Counted from the first letter of the stretch, positions 1 through 12,584 are shown. The stretch: DNA of 64,000 bases from Escherichia coli (GCF_017348835.2 NZ_CP071375.1), one strand, 5' to 3'. The notes: generated by a model from the letters alone, not told the origin. Numbers and translations: made by a program.

Positions 1-432
1 AGATGCCAGATAATCCACCAGTTGCTGCACGCTTTGCGGGTCGTGGCTGTTTAGCTCGAAAATCGGCTCTTCGAAGCCCGTCTCAAGCAATAACTTTCGC
101 GTTGCGGCGACGTCAGCATCTGGCATGTCCGTTTTACTGATGACGGCGATTTGCCGTTTGCTGACGCCAATATCCAGCAACCCGGCAGGCAACCGACTTT
201 CCGGGTCATTCGCGCCGTGGACATAGATCAGCATGTCCACATCCTGTAGCGTGGTAATTAAGGCGTGATACCAGCGGGGATGGCTAAAATATTCACCCGG
301 CGTATCAATATCGCCCTTATCATTAAATTCCACGGCCTGTGTTTTTCTGGCGAGGGTATAATTCCCCTGCAACGCATTAAATAACGTTGTTTTTCCTGCC
401 CCGACGGTACCCACAAACGCAATTCGTTTCAT
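1..432 (-). CDS. eutP: Ethanolamine utilisation protein EutP (N-terminal part; 3' end lies before the window start)
   Basis: Reverse translation from the CAT at 430-432 gives MKRIAFVGTVGAGKTTLFNAL..., a P-loop GTPase N-terminus matching EutP; position upstream of eutS-maeB fits K-12 order. Confidence 0.85.
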   Translation of the reverse strand, partial: MKRIAFVGTVGAGKTTLFNALQGNYTLARKTQAVEFNDKGDIDTPGEYFSHPRWYHALITTLQDVDMLIYVHGANDPESRLPAGLLDIGVSKRQIAVISKTDMPDADVAATRKLLLETGFEEPIFELNSHDPQSVQQLVDYLAS

Positions 433-444
433 GAATGCCTCGTA

Positions 445-780
445 TTAACTTTTGGTCATTTCACAAAGCGTATAATTTAATAAGCGACCTAAACCGCTGA
501 CGGTTTGTGATAACGCTTCTTCTACTGCGCCCACCGAGCCATAAATCACCAATGCACCACTGAAGCGGTCGAGAAAACCGATATGCACATCAGCGGCTTT
601 CAATGCTAAATCACCGGCGATCATCGCCGTTTCGCCAGGAGTTAGCGTCATAATGCCAATTGCGCCCGCATCCGGAACGCCGATTTTCTTCGCCAGTTCC
701 TCGCCGGGATGCGCGATGAGATGCGCCAGCGTGACCTGTTTGCCGGGCACAAATTCCTGAATGATGCGTTCTTTATCCAT
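445..780 (-). CDS. eutS: Ethanolamine microcompartment shell protein EutS
   Basis: ORF 445..852; the 111-aa product starting [10 protein letters not shown] matches K-12 EutS, so the start is placed at 780 rather than the upstream Met. Confidence 0.85.
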
Positions 781-1072
781 GAGTCGCCGCCTGTGAAAAA
801 CTTTCGTGTATCGTGACAATTTTTCGTCAGAGTAAATAACAAAATTCGGCAAGCGCGTTTAAAAGGTGAGGTAGATCACTAAGAATGGAGAGATATTCGC
901 TGTGGTGCATAAACTTTCATATACAACGCATGAATATAAATAAAATAATATCGAGATATTATATAGACTGCTTTTTTTATTATTCGCAAACTCAGTAATA
1001 AGCTTTACTAATATATTGCAGCCAAACCGCTTACCCTGAATATTCAGGGTAAGCGTGAGAGTTAAAAAAGAA

Positions 1073-3352
1073 TTACAGCGGTTGGGTTTGCGCTTCAACC
1101 ACGGCCAGCGCCACCATGTTGACGATACGACGCACCGATGCGATCGGCGTTAACACATGAACCGGTTTCGCCACGCCCATCAGCACCGGACCGACAGTCA
1201 CACCTTCCGAGCTGGAAACGCGCAGTAAGTTGTAACTAATGCGGGCAGCTTCCATGTTCGGCATCACCAGAATATTGGCAGAACCTTTCAAAGGGCTGTC
1301 CGGCATACGGTCGTTGCGAATCGCTTCCACCAGCGCTGCATCGCCGTGCATTTCACCATCAATCATCAGTTCTGGTGCACGTTCCCTGACCAGTTCCAGC
1401 GCCTGACGCATTTTGCTCGACGACGGGCAGTCAGAAGAACCAAAGTTGGAGTGCGACAACAAAGCAACGCGCGGCTCAATACCAAAACGACGGACAGTTT
1501 CTGCCGCCATCAAGGTGATCTCCGCCAGCTCTTCTGCGTCTGGTTCGTCATTGACGTAGGTATCGGCAATAAAGGTGTTACCACTCGGCAGCAGCAGCGC
1601 GTTCATTGCACCTGCGGTGTGAACGCCATCGTGATAACCAAAGACATTTTTCACCACGCTAAAATGTTCATGATAATCACCCACCGTACCGCAAATCATT
1701 GCATCGGCTTCGCCACGCTGAACCATGATCGCGCCGATCACTGTCGGGTTACTGATCAGCGCCCGCTGCGCCTGTTCCTGAGTGACGCCGCGACGCTTCA
1801 TGATCTGGAAGTATTCGGTCCAGTACTCTTTAAAGCGCGGATCGGATTCGTTATTGACGATCTCAAAATCAACGCCCGCTTTGATCTGCAAGCCCAGTTT
1901 CTGAATGCGCATTTCGATCACGTTCGGACGACCGATAAGGATCGGTTTCGCCAGTCCCAGCGTTACCAGTTCCTGAGTGGCATGCAGAACGCGCGCCTCT
2001 TCCCCTTCCGGCAGAACTACGCGCTTCGGCGCTTTGCGAGCCTGGGAGAAAATCGGCTTCATAAACAGGTTGGTTTTGTAAACGAACTCAGTCAGCTTGT
2101 CGATGTAGACGTCGAAATCAGCAATCGGACGCGTCGCCACGCCCGACTCCATCGCCGCTTTCGCGACCGCAGGAGCGATCTTAACGATCAAGCGCGGATC
2201 AAACGGTTTTGGAATGATGTATTCCGGACCAAAGCTCAGATCCTGATCGCCATACGCTGAAGCCACCACTTCGCTCTGTTCCGCATGGGCCAGTTCTGCA
2301 ATCGCGCGTACCGCCGCCAGTTTCATCTCTTCGTTGATGGCGGTTGCGCCAACGTCCAGCGCGCCACGGAAGATAAACGGGAAGCACAGGACGTTGTTCA
2401 CCTGGTTCGGGTAGTCGGAACGGCCGGTACAGATGATGGCATCCGGACGCACTTCTTTCGCCAGCGGCGGCAGAATTTCCGGTTCCGGGTTCGCCAGCGC
2501 CAGGATCATTGGTGCCCGAGCCATTTTCTTCACCATTTCCTGGGTCAGCACTTTCGGGCCGGAACAGCCGAGGAAAATATCCGCACCTTCAATCACATCA
2601 TCGAGGGTACGTTTGCCGTCATCCACCACCGCATATGCGGCTTTGGTTTCCGCCATGTTTGGCTCACGGCCCTGATAGATAACGCCTTTTGAATCGCAAA
2701 CCACGATGTTATGTTTTTGCAGACCCAACGCTACCAGCAGGTTCATACAGGCGATTGCTGCAGCACCCGCGCCGGAAACCACCATACGCACGTCAGAGAT
2801 GTTTTTCTCCACCACGCGCAAGCCGTTGAGGATGGCGGCAGTGCTGATGATTGCCGTGCCGTGCTGATCGTCGTGGAATACCGGAATATTCATCCGCTCG
2901 CGCAGTTTCTGTTCAATATAGAAACATTCTGGCGCTTTAATGTCTTCGAGGTTGATTCCGCCGAAGGTCGGTTCGAGCGCAGCGACGACTTCAATAAATT
3001 TGTCCGGGTCGAGTTCATCAACTTCAATGTCAAATACATCAATTCCGGCGAATTTCTTAAACAGAACGCCCTTGCCTTCCATCACCGGTTTGCCCGCCAG
3101 CGCGCCAATGTTGCCTAACCCCAGCACCGCCGTACCGTTAGAGATCACCGCCACCAGGTTACCGCGCGCGGTATATTTGTAGGCTTTTAACGGGTCTTTT
3201 TCGATTTCAAGACAAGGTGCGGCAACGCCTGGTGAGTAGGCCAGCGCCAGATCGCGCTGCGTTGCCAGAGGCTTGGTTGGAGAAACCTGGATTTTCCCTG
3301 GAACTGGAAATTCATGGAAATCAAGTGCACTTTGTTTTAACTGGTCATCCAT
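1073..3352 (-). CDS. maeB: NADP-dependent malic enzyme with C-terminal phosphotransacetylase-like domain
   Basis: 759-aa ORF, same length as K-12 MaeB; malic enzyme N-terminal and PTA-like C-terminal regions recognisable. Confidence 0.95.
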   Translation of the reverse strand: MDDQLKQSALDFHEFPVPGKIQVSPTKPLATQRDLALAYSPGVAAPCLEIEKDPLKAYKYTARGNLVAVISNGTAVLGLGNIGALAGKPVMEGKGVLFKKFAGIDVFDIEVDELDPDKFIEVVAALEPTFGGINLEDIKAPECFYIEQKLRERMNIPVFHDDQHGTAIISTAAILNGLRVVEKNISDVRMVVSGAGAAAIACMNLLVALGLQKHNIVVCDSKGVIYQGREPNMAETKAAYAVVDDGKRTLDDVIEGADIFLGCSGPKVLTQEMVKKMARAPMILALANPEPEILPPLAKEVRPDAIICTGRSDYPNQVNNVLCFPFIFRGALDVGATAINEEMKLAAVRAIAELAHAEQSEVVASAYGDQDLSFGPEYIIPKPFDPRLIVKIAPAVAKAAMESGVATRPIADFDVYIDKLTEFVYKTNLFMKPIFSQARKAPKRVVLPEGEEARVLHATQELVTLGLAKPILIGRPNVIEMRIQKLGLQIKAGVDFEIVNNESDPRFKEYWTEYFQIMKRRGVTQEQAQRALISNPTVIGAIMVQRGEADAMICGTVGDYHEHFSVVKNVFGYHDGVHTAGAMNALLLPSGNTFIADTYVNDEPDAEELAEITLMAAETVRRFGIEPRVALLSHSNFGSSDCPSSSKMRQALELVRERAPELMIDGEMHGDAALVEAIRNDRMPDSPLKGSANILVMPNMEAARISYNLLRVSSSEGVTVGPVLMGVAKPVHVLTPIASVRRIVNMVALAVVEAQTQPL

Positions 3353-3640
3353 TTGGTTGTTCCTTTCACGTAACGTTCACAAATAAAGTGTGTGGGCAAC
3401 AGCCCCTGCCCACAACGTGGCGCACATTATTACCCTGCCGGAGTCTACAGACTTTGAGCAAGTCCAAACTCTCACCATTAATATAATGTTTTGGTAATAA
3501 TCCTATAACACTGATGTTACCTGCTTAATCCAGCAATACCATGCCTGTCTGCTATGCTTTTTTGATGCGTTTAGCGAAATTTCTCAGAAGTGTGAATTAA
3601 CGCACTCATCTAACACTTTACTTTTCAAGGAGTATTTCCT

Positions 3641-4591
3641 ATGAACGAGTTAGACGGCATCAAACAGTTCACCACTGTCGTGGCAGACAGCGGCGATATT
3701 GAGTCCATTCGCCATTATCATCCCCAGGATGCCACCACCAATCCTTCGCTGTTGCTCAAGGCTGCCGGATTATCACAATATGAGCATTTAATAGACGATG
3801 CTATCGCCTGGGGTAAAAAAAATGGCAAGACCCAGGAACAACAGGTGGTCGCAGCGTGTGACAAACTGGCGGTCAATTTCGGTGCTGAAATCCTCAAAAT
3901 CGTACCCGGTCGCGTGTCAACAGAAGTTGATGCACGCCTCTCTTTTGATAAAGAAAAGAGTATTGAGAAGGCGCGCCATCTGGTGGACTTGTATCAGCAA
4001 CAAGGCGTTGAGAAATCACGCATTCTGATCAAACTGGCTTCGACCTGGGAAGGAATTCGCGCGGCAGAAGAGCTGGAAAAAGAAGGTATTAACTGCAACC
4101 TGACGCTGCTGTTTTCTTTTGCACAGGCGCGGGCCTGTGCAGAAGCGGGCGTTTTTCTGATTTCGCCGTTTGTCGGGCGTATTTATGACTGGTATCAGGC
4201 ACGCAAGCCGATGGACCCGTATGTGGTGGAAGAAGATCCAGGCGTTAAATCAGTACGCAATATCTACGACTACTATAAGCAACACCACTATGAAACCATT
4301 GTGATGGGCGCGAGCTTCCGTCGCACCGAACAAATCCTCGCCTTAACCGGCTGCGATCGACTGACTATCGCACCGAATTTGCTGAAGGAGCTGCAGGAAA
4401 AAGTTTCGCCAGTGGTACGTAAATTAATCCCACCTTCTCAGACGTTCCCACGCCCAGCTCCCATGAGCGAAGCGGAGTTCCGTTGGGAGCACAATCAGGA
4501 TGCGATGGCGGTAGAAAAACTGTCTGAAGGCATTCGTCTATTCGCCGTTGATCAACGCAAACTGGAAGATCTTCTTGCCGCCAAACTATAA
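3641..4591 (+). CDS. talA: Transaldolase A
   Basis: 316-aa ORF with transaldolase motifs; sits between maeB and tktB as in K-12. Confidence 0.95.
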   Translation: MNELDGIKQFTTVVADSGDIESIRHYHPQDATTNPSLLLKAAGLSQYEHLIDDAIAWGKKNGKTQEQQVVAACDKLAVNFGAEILKIVPGRVSTEVDARLSFDKEKSIEKARHLVDLYQQQGVEKSRILIKLASTWEGIRAAEELEKEGINCNLTLLFSFAQARACAEAGVFLISPFVGRIYDWYQARKPMDPYVVEEDPGVKSVRNIYDYYKQHHYETIVMGASFRRTEQILALTGCDRLTIAPNLLKELQEKVSPVVRKLIPPSQTFPRPAPMSEAEFRWEHNQDAMAVEKLSEGIRLFAVDQRKLEDLLAAKL

Positions 4592-4610
4592 ACCAGCCAC
4601 GGAGTGTTAT

Positions 4611-6614
4611 ATGTCCCGAAAAGACCTTGCCAATGCGATTCGCGCACTCAGTATGGATGCGGTACAAAAAGCCAATTCTGGTCATCCCGGCGCGCCGATG
4701 GGCATGGCTGATATTGCCGAAGTGCTGTGGAACGATTTTCTTAAACATAACCCTACCGACCCAACCTGGTATGATCGCGACCGCTTTATTCTTTCCAACG
4801 GTCACGCGTCGATGCTGCTCTACAGTTTGCTGCATCTGACCGGTTACGACCTGCCGCTGGAAGAGCTGAAGAACTTTCGTCAACTGCATTCGAAAACCCC
4901 TGGCCACCCGGAAATCGGCTATACGCCCGGAGTTGAAACCACCACCGGTCCTCTTGGACAAGGTTTGGCGAACGCCGTCGGGCTGGCGATAGCGGAACGT
5001 ACGCTGGCTGCACAGTTTAACCAGCCAGACCATGAGATCGTCGATCACTTCACCTATGTGTTTATGGGCGACGGCTGCCTGATGGAAGGTATTTCCCACG
5101 AAGTCTGTTCGCTGGCGGGCACGCTGGGACTGGGCAAGCTGATTGGTTTTTACGATCACAACGGTATTTCGATTGATGGAGAAACCGAAGGCTGGTTTAC
5201 CGACGATACGGCAAAACGTTTTGAAGCCTATCACTGGCATGTGATCCATGAAATCGACGGTCACGATCCGCAGGCGGTGAAGGAAGCGATCCTTGAAGCG
5301 CAAAGCGTGAAAGATAAGCCGTCGCTGATTATCTGTCGTACGGTGATTGGCTTTGGATCGCCGAATAAAGCAGGTAAGGAAGAGGCGCACGGCGCACCGC
5401 TGGGGGAAGAAGAAGTGGCGCTGGCACGGCAAAAACTGGGCTGGCACCATCCGCCATTTGAGATCCCTAAAGATATTTATCACGCCTGGGATGCCCGCGA
5501 AAAAGGCGAAAAAGCGCAGCAGAGCTGGAATGAGAAGTTTGCCGCCTATAAAAAGGCTCATCCGCAACTGGCAGAAGAGTTTACCCGTCGGATGAGCGGT
5601 GGTTTACCGAAGGACTGGGAGAAAACGACTCAGAAATATATCAATGAGTTACAGGCAAATCCGGCGAAAATCGCTACCCGTAAGGCTTCGCAAAATACGC
5701 TTAACGCTTACGGGCCGATGCTACCGGAGCTGCTCGGCGGTTCGGCGGATCTGGCTCCCAGCAACCTGACCATCTGGAAAGGTTCTGTTTCGCTGAAGGA
5801 AGATCCGGCGGGCAACTACATTCACTACGGGGTGCGTGAATTTGGCATGACCGCTATCGCCAACGGCATTGCGCACCACGGCGGCTTTGTGCCGTATACC
5901 GCAACGTTCCTGATGTTTGTTGAATACGCCCGTAACGCCGCGCGGATGGCGGCACTGATGAAAGCGCGGCAGATTATGGTTTATACCCACGACTCAATTG
6001 GTCTGGGCGAAGATGGTCCGACGCACCAGGCTGTTGAGCAACTGGCCAGTCTGCGCTTAACGCCAAATTTCAGCACCTGGCGACCGTGCGATCAGGTGGA
6101 AGCAGCGGTGGGCTGGAAGCTGGCGGTTGAGCGCCACAACGGACCGACGGCACTGATCCTCTCCAGGCAGAATCTGGCCCAGGTGGAACGTACGCCGGAT
6201 CAGGTTAAAGAGATTGCTCGTGGCGGTTATGTGCTGAAAGACAGCGGCGGTAAGCCAGATATTATTTTGATTGCTACCGGTTCAGAGATGGAAATCACCC
6301 TGCAAGCTGCGGAGAAATTAGCAGGAGAAGGTCGCAATGTTCGCGTGGTTTCCCTGCCCTCGACCGATATTTTCGACGCCCAGGATGAGGAATATCGGGA
6401 GTCGGTGTTGCCTTCTAACGTTGCGGCTCGCGTGGCGGTGGAAGCAGGTATTGCCGATTACTGGTACAAGTATGTTGGTCTGAAAGGGGCAATTGTCGGG
6501 ATGACGGGTTATGGGGAATCTGCTCCGGCGGATAAGCTGTTCCCGTTCTTTGGCTTTACCGCCGAGAATATTGTGGCAAAAGCGCATAAGGTGCTGGGAG
6601 TGAAAGGTGCCTGA
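4611..6614 (+). CDS. tktB: Transketolase 2
   Basis: ORF 4548..6614; product from [31 protein letters not shown] is the 667-aa transketolase, so the start is placed at 4611. Confidence 0.95.
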   Translation: MSRKDLANAIRALSMDAVQKANSGHPGAPMGMADIAEVLWNDFLKHNPTDPTWYDRDRFILSNGHASMLLYSLLHLTGYDLPLEELKNFRQLHSKTPGHPEIGYTPGVETTTGPLGQGLANAVGLAIAERTLAAQFNQPDHEIVDHFTYVFMGDGCLMEGISHEVCSLAGTLGLGKLIGFYDHNGISIDGETEGWFTDDTAKRFEAYHWHVIHEIDGHDPQAVKEAILEAQSVKDKPSLIICRTVIGFGSPNKAGKEEAHGAPLGEEEVALARQKLGWHHPPFEIPKDIYHAWDAREKGEKAQQSWNEKFAAYKKAHPQLAEEFTRRMSGGLPKDWEKTTQKYINELQANPAKIATRKASQNTLNAYGPMLPELLGGSADLAPSNLTIWKGSVSLKEDPAGNYIHYGVREFGMTAIANGIAHHGGFVPYTATFLMFVEYARNAARMAALMKARQIMVYTHDSIGLGEDGPTHQAVEQLASLRLTPNFSTWRPCDQVEAAVGWKLAVERHNGPTALILSRQNLAQVERTPDQVKEIARGGYVLKDSGGKPDIILIATGSEMEITLQAAEKLAGEGRNVRVVSLPSTDIFDAQDEEYRESVLPSNVAARVAVEAGIADYWYKYVGLKGAIVGMTGYGESAPADKLFPFFGFTAENIVAKAHKVLGVKGA

Positions 6615-6720
6615 TGGTGATCGCCGGACGCTGATCGCCGGATGCTGATTGCCGGATGCGACGCTGACGCGTCTTATCCGGCCTACAGCGTCTTATCCGG
6701 TCTACATGTCCCCGCTATTT
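6615..6720. repeat. Cluster of REP (repetitive extragenic palindromic) units
   Basis: Reiterated gccggatgcgacgc / cgtcttatccggcctaca motifs typical of E. coli REP/BIME elements, in the tktB-ypfG spacer. Confidence 0.8.
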
Positions 6721-6723
6721 TGT

Positions 6724-7767
6724 TTAACGGGTGATCCACAACGTGGGCCAGGCGTCTGGCCCATGCCAGTTATCGCAGGTGGGTTCTGCGGCGTAACGCA
6801 CCAGGCGAAAACGCTGACCGTCAAAGCGCCAGCGCGCCTGAATGCCACAATCGCTTAATCCGCGCCCTTTCGCTAAGGTCACCAGCTCACGCGATTTCTC
6901 ATCAAATGTTGCGTTCATCAGTTCCAGTTCATTTGTCTCCTGCCCGTTGTTGAACGGCAAACGCAACCGAACCGGACGCGAGGCTAGTGGCTTTTTACGC
7001 GACACAATCCATGCCAAATCAATGGTGTTATAGGCCCCTGCCTCACAGCTAATCATCATCAGCGCTTTATCATCAGTCAGCGCAGTGACATTCACCTCAC
7101 GACGCAATGGATCAAGCGAGCAGCGCAGACCATTCATCCGCCAGTTTCCATAATCCAGCAAATCGTTGCGTTCTTCGAGTGAGAGTGGCGTCGGCGTTGG
7201 GTTAACCACCACGACCTCTTTCAGCGCAGGCGCGGGCGGTACGCTGAGCGGCGGTTCGTCCCCTTTCTTGATCCACGCGTTTTCACTGCCAACGCGCTTT
7301 TGCTGAGCATCAATAAACAACAACGCCGCTTTTAAGCCACTCAGAGAAATGGTCTGATTGCCGTCGCGTAAGGTGATCGCCTTCCCTTCCTGAATCATCT
7401 GCAAAAACGCGGTGATGGTTGCCGTATCATCGGTTACTAATAACCATGGTGAAATCCGCCACTTGTCACCACTTAACGCCAACGGCTCGCCATCTAACAG
7501 CAGCCGTGGCGCAATTTCCCCTTCAGACGCATCCGGCGACTTCAACCCGCCGCGCTCAATACGTAAAACGGCATCGGTATGCGCCCCGGCGCTGCGGCTC
7601 AGGGTCATCACCAGTCCATTATGATCGCCCGTATTACGCGCCACGCAGAAGTTTTGGTTATTACAGGTGACCTGCCAGTCGGAAAACGCCCGTTGCGCTG
7701 GTGCCGCCCACACCAAAGACGTCGGCAACAAAGCGAAAAAAAAGAGAAGGAAAATGCGATAGCGCAT
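6724..7767 (-). CDS. ypfG: DUF1176 periplasmic protein YpfG
   Basis: 347-aa ORF with N-terminal signal peptide; length and position match K-12 ypfG. Confidence 0.85.
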   Translation of the reverse strand: MRYRIFLLFFFALLPTSLVWAAPAQRAFSDWQVTCNNQNFCVARNTGDHNGLVMTLSRSAGAHTDAVLRIERGGLKSPDASEGEIAPRLLLDGEPLALSGDKWRISPWLLVTDDTATITAFLQMIQEGKAITLRDGNQTISLSGLKAALLFIDAQQKRVGSENAWIKKGDEPPLSVPPAPALKEVVVVNPTPTPLSLEERNDLLDYGNWRMNGLRCSLDPLRREVNVTALTDDKALMMISCEAGAYNTIDLAWIVSRKKPLASRPVRLRLPFNNGQETNELELMNATFDEKSRELVTLAKGRGLSDCGIQARWRFDGQRFRLVRYAAEPTCDNWHGPDAWPTLWITR

Positions 7768-7892
7768 GGACGGTACGACCCCAGAAGTTCAAACAAACAG
7801 CACAAGTCGTATCTTCGTTGCGCAGGTAGCGCGGCTCAATCGGATTTGTCGGATTGAGCCAACAATAAACAACGAAATATTATTGTTATTTT

Positions 7893-8468
7893 TCAGTCCA
7901 TTAAATGTGACGTTTGCAAATAGTTAAGCAATAACACCGTCTTACCGTCACGTATCTCGCCGGTTTTGATCATCTCCAGCGCCTGGCTGAACGGCAGCTC
8001 GAGCACTTCAATATCTTCATCTTCGACACCGCCACCGGCGTTAGCGCGCTGATTGTCACTGTATTCGGCGATAAAAAAGTGGATTAGCTCAGTCACACCG
8101 CCTGGCGACATATACAGTTCAAATAATTTGCGCACTTCACCCACTTCATAGCCCGTCTCTTCAATCGCTTCTTTGCGAATGCACACTTCCGGTTCGTCGT
8201 TATCCAGCAGCCCGGCGCAGGTTTCAATCAGCTGCCCGCTTTCATTGCCATTAACCCAGGTAGCGACACGGAACTGACGAATCAGAACCACGGTCTTTTT
8301 CTTCGCGTTGTACAGGAGGATCGTCGCACCATTACCGCGATCGTAAACTTCACGTTTATGGCGGATAACTTCGCCATCTTTGCGCGTGAGATCGTAAGTA
8401 ATGTTGTGCAGGGTGAAATAGTTATCGGAGAGAATTTTGTCTTTAATGAGGGTGATTTGTTGCGTCAT
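7893..8468 (-). CDS. nudK: GDP-mannose pyrophosphatase (Nudix hydrolase) NudK
   Basis: ORF 7893..8495; the 191-aa product from [11 protein letters not shown] carries a Nudix box ([14 protein letters not shown] region). Start choice follows K-12. Confidence 0.9.
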   Translation of the reverse strand: MTQQITLIKDKILSDNYFTLHNITYDLTRKDGEVIRHKREVYDRGNGATILLYNAKKKTVVLIRQFRVATWVNGNESGQLIETCAGLLDNDEPEVCIRKEAIEETGYEVGEVRKLFELYMSPGGVTELIHFFIAEYSDNQRANAGGGVEDEDIEVLELPFSQALEMIKTGEIRDGKTVLLLNYLQTSHLMD

Positions 8469-8535
8469 ACCGACTCCACAGCGCGAAATGAACAATTATC
8501 TTACGCTGTGAAGTCGGGTTTGTCTGCGCAGGCTA

Positions 8536-10515
8536 TCAGTGAGATTTGACTGATTTTACCCCCAGCCAGTCAATAATCCCCTGTGCCGCATGACGTCCTT
8601 CTGCCATTGCGGTAACCACCAGATCCGCACCACGCACGGCGTCACCACCAGCGAAGATTTTCGGATTGGTGGTCTGGTAACGGTACTGGCTTTCCACATC
8701 CGCGATGATGCGGCCCCATTTGTCTACCGTTACACCGTGCGACTCCAGCCACGGCATCCCATGCGGATTGAAGCCAAACGCCATAATCACCGCGTCGGCT
8801 GGCATGACAAATTCACTGCCTTCCACCGGTACTGGACGCCGACGCCCCTGGGCATCCGGCTCGCCAAGACGCGTGCGCAGGAAACGAATCCCGCAGACGT
8901 GACCTTGTTCATTCAGCTCAAGCGCCACCGGCTGGACGTTAAATTCGAAGTTGGCCCCCTCTTCGCGGGCGTTCTTCACCTCTTTCTTCGAGCCTGGCAT
9001 GTTAGCTTCATCACGACGATAAGCGCAGGTGACGTTACTCGCGCCGTGGCGCAGCGCAGTACGCACACAGTCCATCGCGGTGTCGCCGCCGCCCAGTACC
9101 ACGACGTTGAGTCCGGCGGTATTGATAAACGGCTCTTCCGGTAGCTCTTCGAGCCCCATCACCTGTTTAGTGTTGGCGATGAGGAACGGCAGCGCGTCAT
9201 AAACGCCCGGCGCATCTTCATTGGGTAAACCCGCTTTCATGGAACGGTAAGTGCCTACGCCAACGAAGACCGCGTCGTATTGTTCCAAAAGCGAATCCAA
9301 AGAGACATCTTTACCCACTTCACAATTGAGTTCGAAGTGAATCCCCATCGCGCTGAAGATTTCCCGACGACGTGCCAGCAGGGATTTATCCAGTTTGAAA
9401 GAAGGAATGCCGAAAGTGAGCAAGCCACCGATTTCTGGATGGCGATCGTACACCGTCACCGCCACGCCATTGCGGGTCAGAACATCCGCACAGGCCAGCC
9501 CTGCCGGACCTGCACCGATAATCGCCACCCGCTTGTCCACTTTGGTGACATGGCTTAAGTCAGGACGCCAACCTTTCGCCAACGCCTGATCTGAAATGTA
9601 GCGTTCAATGTTGCCGATAGTTACCGCACCGTGCTCATCGCGAATAGTACAGGCACCTTCACACAAACGGTCTTGCGGACAAACGCGTCCGGTAATTTCC
9701 GGCAGGGTGTTGGTCAGGTGAGAAAGCTCGACGGCGGCGTCGATGTTTCCGGCTTTCACCAGTTCAATCCACTGCGGTATATGGTTATGCAGCGGGCAGG
9801 TCCATTCACAAACGCTGTGCTCGCCGCATTTAAGGCAGCGCGAGGCTTCCCGTTGTGCCTGATCGGCACGGAATGGCAGATAAATTTCATCAAAACCGGT
9901 TTTGCGCGCTTCAATCGCCAGTTTATCCGGCTCGCCACGCGCGGGCGTTGCCTGCATTTGCTCGACTTTACTCATTACCGGCATTTCTTGCGCCGCGGTA
10001 CTGGCATGCCACGGTTGATGTTCCTGACGTGCGGTACGCAAGCGACGGGATTTCGCCATGCCTGAGAGTGCGGCGTCAGTGACCAGCTGCAGCGCGTCCG
10101 CCGGGCAATTCTCGACACAGGCAGGACCGTTTTCGCGCCCTGCACAAAGGTCGCATTTATGCGCCGTGGCTTTAACTTTGCCCGCTGCGACGGGTGTCAG
10201 GACGATTTGCATCGTACCAAACGGACAGGCCACCACGCAGGATTTACAGCCAATACACTTTTGCTGATTGACCTGAATGCTGTCATCAACGTGGCTGATT
10301 GCGCCATTAGGGCAGCTACGGGCGCAGGGCGCATCTTCACAATGGTGACAGGTCACTGCACTACGTTGCTGCTGATGTTTGATAACCGTAATTCGGGGAT
10401 GAAAATGATGTTGGCTCAGGACATGTTGCTCATCATTGTGAGCCATGACACAAGCGATTTCACAAGCATGACAACCCAGACATTGCTGACTGTTGGCCAT
10501 AATAAAACGATTCAT
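8536..10515 (-). CDS. aegA: Putative Fe-S/FAD oxidoreductase, glutamate synthase small-subunit-like, AegA
   Basis: 659-aa ORF with several CxxCxxCxxxCP ferredoxin motifs at the N-terminus and a GltD-like FAD/NAD(P)-binding C-terminal part. Confidence 0.9.
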   Translation of the reverse strand: MNRFIMANSQQCLGCHACEIACVMAHNDEQHVLSQHHFHPRITVIKHQQQRSAVTCHHCEDAPCARSCPNGAISHVDDSIQVNQQKCIGCKSCVVACPFGTMQIVLTPVAAGKVKATAHKCDLCAGRENGPACVENCPADALQLVTDAALSGMAKSRRLRTARQEHQPWHASTAAQEMPVMSKVEQMQATPARGEPDKLAIEARKTGFDEIYLPFRADQAQREASRCLKCGEHSVCEWTCPLHNHIPQWIELVKAGNIDAAVELSHLTNTLPEITGRVCPQDRLCEGACTIRDEHGAVTIGNIERYISDQALAKGWRPDLSHVTKVDKRVAIIGAGPAGLACADVLTRNGVAVTVYDRHPEIGGLLTFGIPSFKLDKSLLARRREIFSAMGIHFELNCEVGKDVSLDSLLEQYDAVFVGVGTYRSMKAGLPNEDAPGVYDALPFLIANTKQVMGLEELPEEPFINTAGLNVVVLGGGDTAMDCVRTALRHGASNVTCAYRRDEANMPGSKKEVKNAREEGANFEFNVQPVALELNEQGHVCGIRFLRTRLGEPDAQGRRRPVPVEGSEFVMPADAVIMAFGFNPHGMPWLESHGVTVDKWGRIIADVESQYRYQTTNPKIFAGGDAVRGADLVVTAMAEGRHAAQGIIDWLGVKSVKSH

Positions 10516-10720
10516 AACGACCTTCTTTTTTGGTTGTAAAAACCTTATTCTTTATATGAGTGTTGTTATTACCCGACTTACAGGGGAATCGGCAATGTTC
10601 ATGTGCCCAGAATAAGTAACTATTTCGCTATAAACTGTGGCAGATCAAATAATCCCATCACTGACTAAATTGCGTTTCAGCGAACTGGAACATTAATGAT
10701 TTTTTGTGGAGAAGACGCGT

Positions 10721-12421
10721 GTGATTGTTAAACGACCCGTCTCGGCCAGTCTGGCCCGGGCCTTTTTTTACATTGTGCTGCTGTCGATTCTTTCCACGGG
10801 TATCGCTCTGCTAACTCTGGCGAGCAGTTTGCGCGACGCTGAGGCTATCAATATTGCCGGATCGCTGCGTATGCAGAGTTACCGCCTGGGCTACGACTTG
10901 CAAAGTGGCAGTCCACAACTCAATGCACATCGCCAGTTATTTCAGCAGGCACTGCATTCACCGGTATTAACCAACCTCAACGTCTGGTATGTGCCAGAAG
11001 CAGTAAAAACTCGCTATGCGCATCTGAATGCAAACTGGCTGGAGATGAATAATCGGCTCAGCAAGGGCGATTTGCCGTGGTATCAGGCCAATATTAATAA
11101 TTATGTTAATCAGATAGACCTGTTCGTGCTGGCTTTACAGCACTACGCTGAACGCAAAATGCTGCTGGTGGTGGCGATTTCCCTGGCTGGCGGTATCGGT
11201 ATTTTCACGCTGGTCTTTTTTACTTTGCGCCGCATACGCCATCAGGTGGTTGCCCCGCTGAATCAGCTGGTTACCGCCAGTCAGCGTATTGAACACGGAC
11301 AGTTCGACTCGCCGCCGCTGGATACCAGTCTGCCGAATGAGCTTGGTCTGCTTGCAAAAACCTTTAACCAGATGTCGAGCGAGCTGCATAAATTGTACCT
11401 TTCGCTGGAGGCGTCAGTAGAAGAAAAGACCCGCGATCTCCACGAGGCCAAGCGTCGTCTGGAGGTGTTGTATCAGTGTTCGCAGGCGCTGAACACCAGC
11501 CAGATTGATGTGCATTGTTTCCGCCATATTTTGCAGATTGTTCGCGACAATGAAGCGGCTGAATATCTGGAGCTGAACGTTGGGGATAACTGGCGGATTA
11601 GCGAAGGGCAACCAAACCCGGAATTGCCGATGCAGATTTTACCGGTGACAATGCAAGAGACGGTTTACGGCGAACTGCACTGGCAAAATAGTCACGTTTC
11701 ATCATCAGAACCGCTGCTTAACAGCGTTTCGTCGATGCTGGGACGCGGTTTGTACTTTAATCAGGCGCAGAAGCATTTTCAGCAGTTATTGTTGATGGAA
11801 GAACGTGCGACCATCGCCCGCGAATTGCACGACTCGCTGGCTCAGGTGCTTTCTTACTTACGTATCCAGTTGACGTTACTTAAGCGTTCGATACCGGAAG
11901 ATAACGCCACCGCACAAAGTATCATGGCCGATTTTTCCCAGGCGTTGAATGATGCTTATCGGCAGTTACGCGAGCTGTTGACTACTTTCCGCCTGACGCT
12001 GCAGCAGGCGGATCTCCCCTCCGCGTTGAGGGAAATGCTGGATACGTTACAAAATCAAACCAGCGCCAAACTGACCCTCGACTGCCGTCTGCCAACCCTG
12101 GCACTGGATGCGCAAATGCAGGTGCATTTGTTGCAAATTATTCGCGAAGCGGTGCTGAATGCGATGAAGCACGCCAACGCCAGCGAAATCGCCGTCAGTT
12201 GCGTCACCGCGCCGGACGGCAATCACACGGTTTATATCCGTGATAACGGGATTGGTATCGGTGAACCGAAAGAGCCCGAAGGTCATTATGGACTGAATAT
12301 CATGCGCGAACGCGCGGAACGGCTGGGCGGGACGCTGACTTTTTCACAACCTTCCGGCGGCGGCACGTTAGTGAGTATTAGCTTTCGCTCCGCGGAGGGT
12401 GAGGAAAGTCAGCTGATGTAA
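10721..12421 (+). CDS. narQ: Nitrate/nitrite sensor histidine kinase NarQ
   Basis: Two transmembrane segments, HAMP, H-box (ELHDSLAQ) and ATPase domain; GTG start at 10721 chosen to give the 566-aa K-12 product (the ORF track starts at 10706). Confidence 0.9.
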   Translation: MIVKRPVSASLARAFFYIVLLSILSTGIALLTLASSLRDAEAINIAGSLRMQSYRLGYDLQSGSPQLNAHRQLFQQALHSPVLTNLNVWYVPEAVKTRYAHLNANWLEMNNRLSKGDLPWYQANINNYVNQIDLFVLALQHYAERKMLLVVAISLAGGIGIFTLVFFTLRRIRHQVVAPLNQLVTASQRIEHGQFDSPPLDTSLPNELGLLAKTFNQMSSELHKLYLSLEASVEEKTRDLHEAKRRLEVLYQCSQALNTSQIDVHCFRHILQIVRDNEAAEYLELNVGDNWRISEGQPNPELPMQILPVTMQETVYGELHWQNSHVSSSEPLLNSVSSMLGRGLYFNQAQKHFQQLLLMEERATIARELHDSLAQVLSYLRIQLTLLKRSIPEDNATAQSIMADFSQALNDAYRQLRELLTTFRLTLQQADLPSALREMLDTLQNQTSAKLTLDCRLPTLALDAQMQVHLLQIIREAVLNAMKHANASEIAVSCVTAPDGNHTVYIRDNGIGIGEPKEPEGHYGLNIMRERAERLGGTLTFSQPSGGGTLVSISFRSAEGEESQLM

Positions 12422-12584
12422 TGCCTCCTACTGACCAAAGAATACTTGCACTTAAGGTTCAGTATAAAAGGGCATGATAATTTACATTAACTCCTTTTTT
12501 TCTCCACGATTGGCTCGTACCTTGCCGCTACAGTGAAGCAAGTCAAGCCTACAACGATACGCAGAAACACGAGGTCCTCTTTTA

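Noticed and set aside
1031-1054. Perfect hairpin cttaccctga-atat-tcagggtaag downstream of maeB, considered as a terminator
   Set aside because: No U-run follows on either strand, so a rho-independent terminator call is not justified; possibly a protein-binding palindrome.
1346-2260. 304-aa ORF on the plus strand inside maeB
   Set aside because: Fully antisense to a well-supported 759-aa malic enzyme gene; Arg/His-rich low-complexity translation typical of shadow ORFs in GC-rich coding DNA.
4365-5567. 400-aa minus-strand ORF overlapping the talA end and tktB
   Set aside because: Antisense to two conserved metabolic genes; no recognisable domain. Treated as a spurious shadow ORF.
6615-6720. 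REP clusters (also 17955-18050, 22640-22700, 42975-43095) considered as possible att sites or a CRISPR-like array
   Set aside because: They are classic E. coli REP/BIME palindromes in intergenic spacers, with no regular repeat-spacer periodicity and no nearby cas genes.
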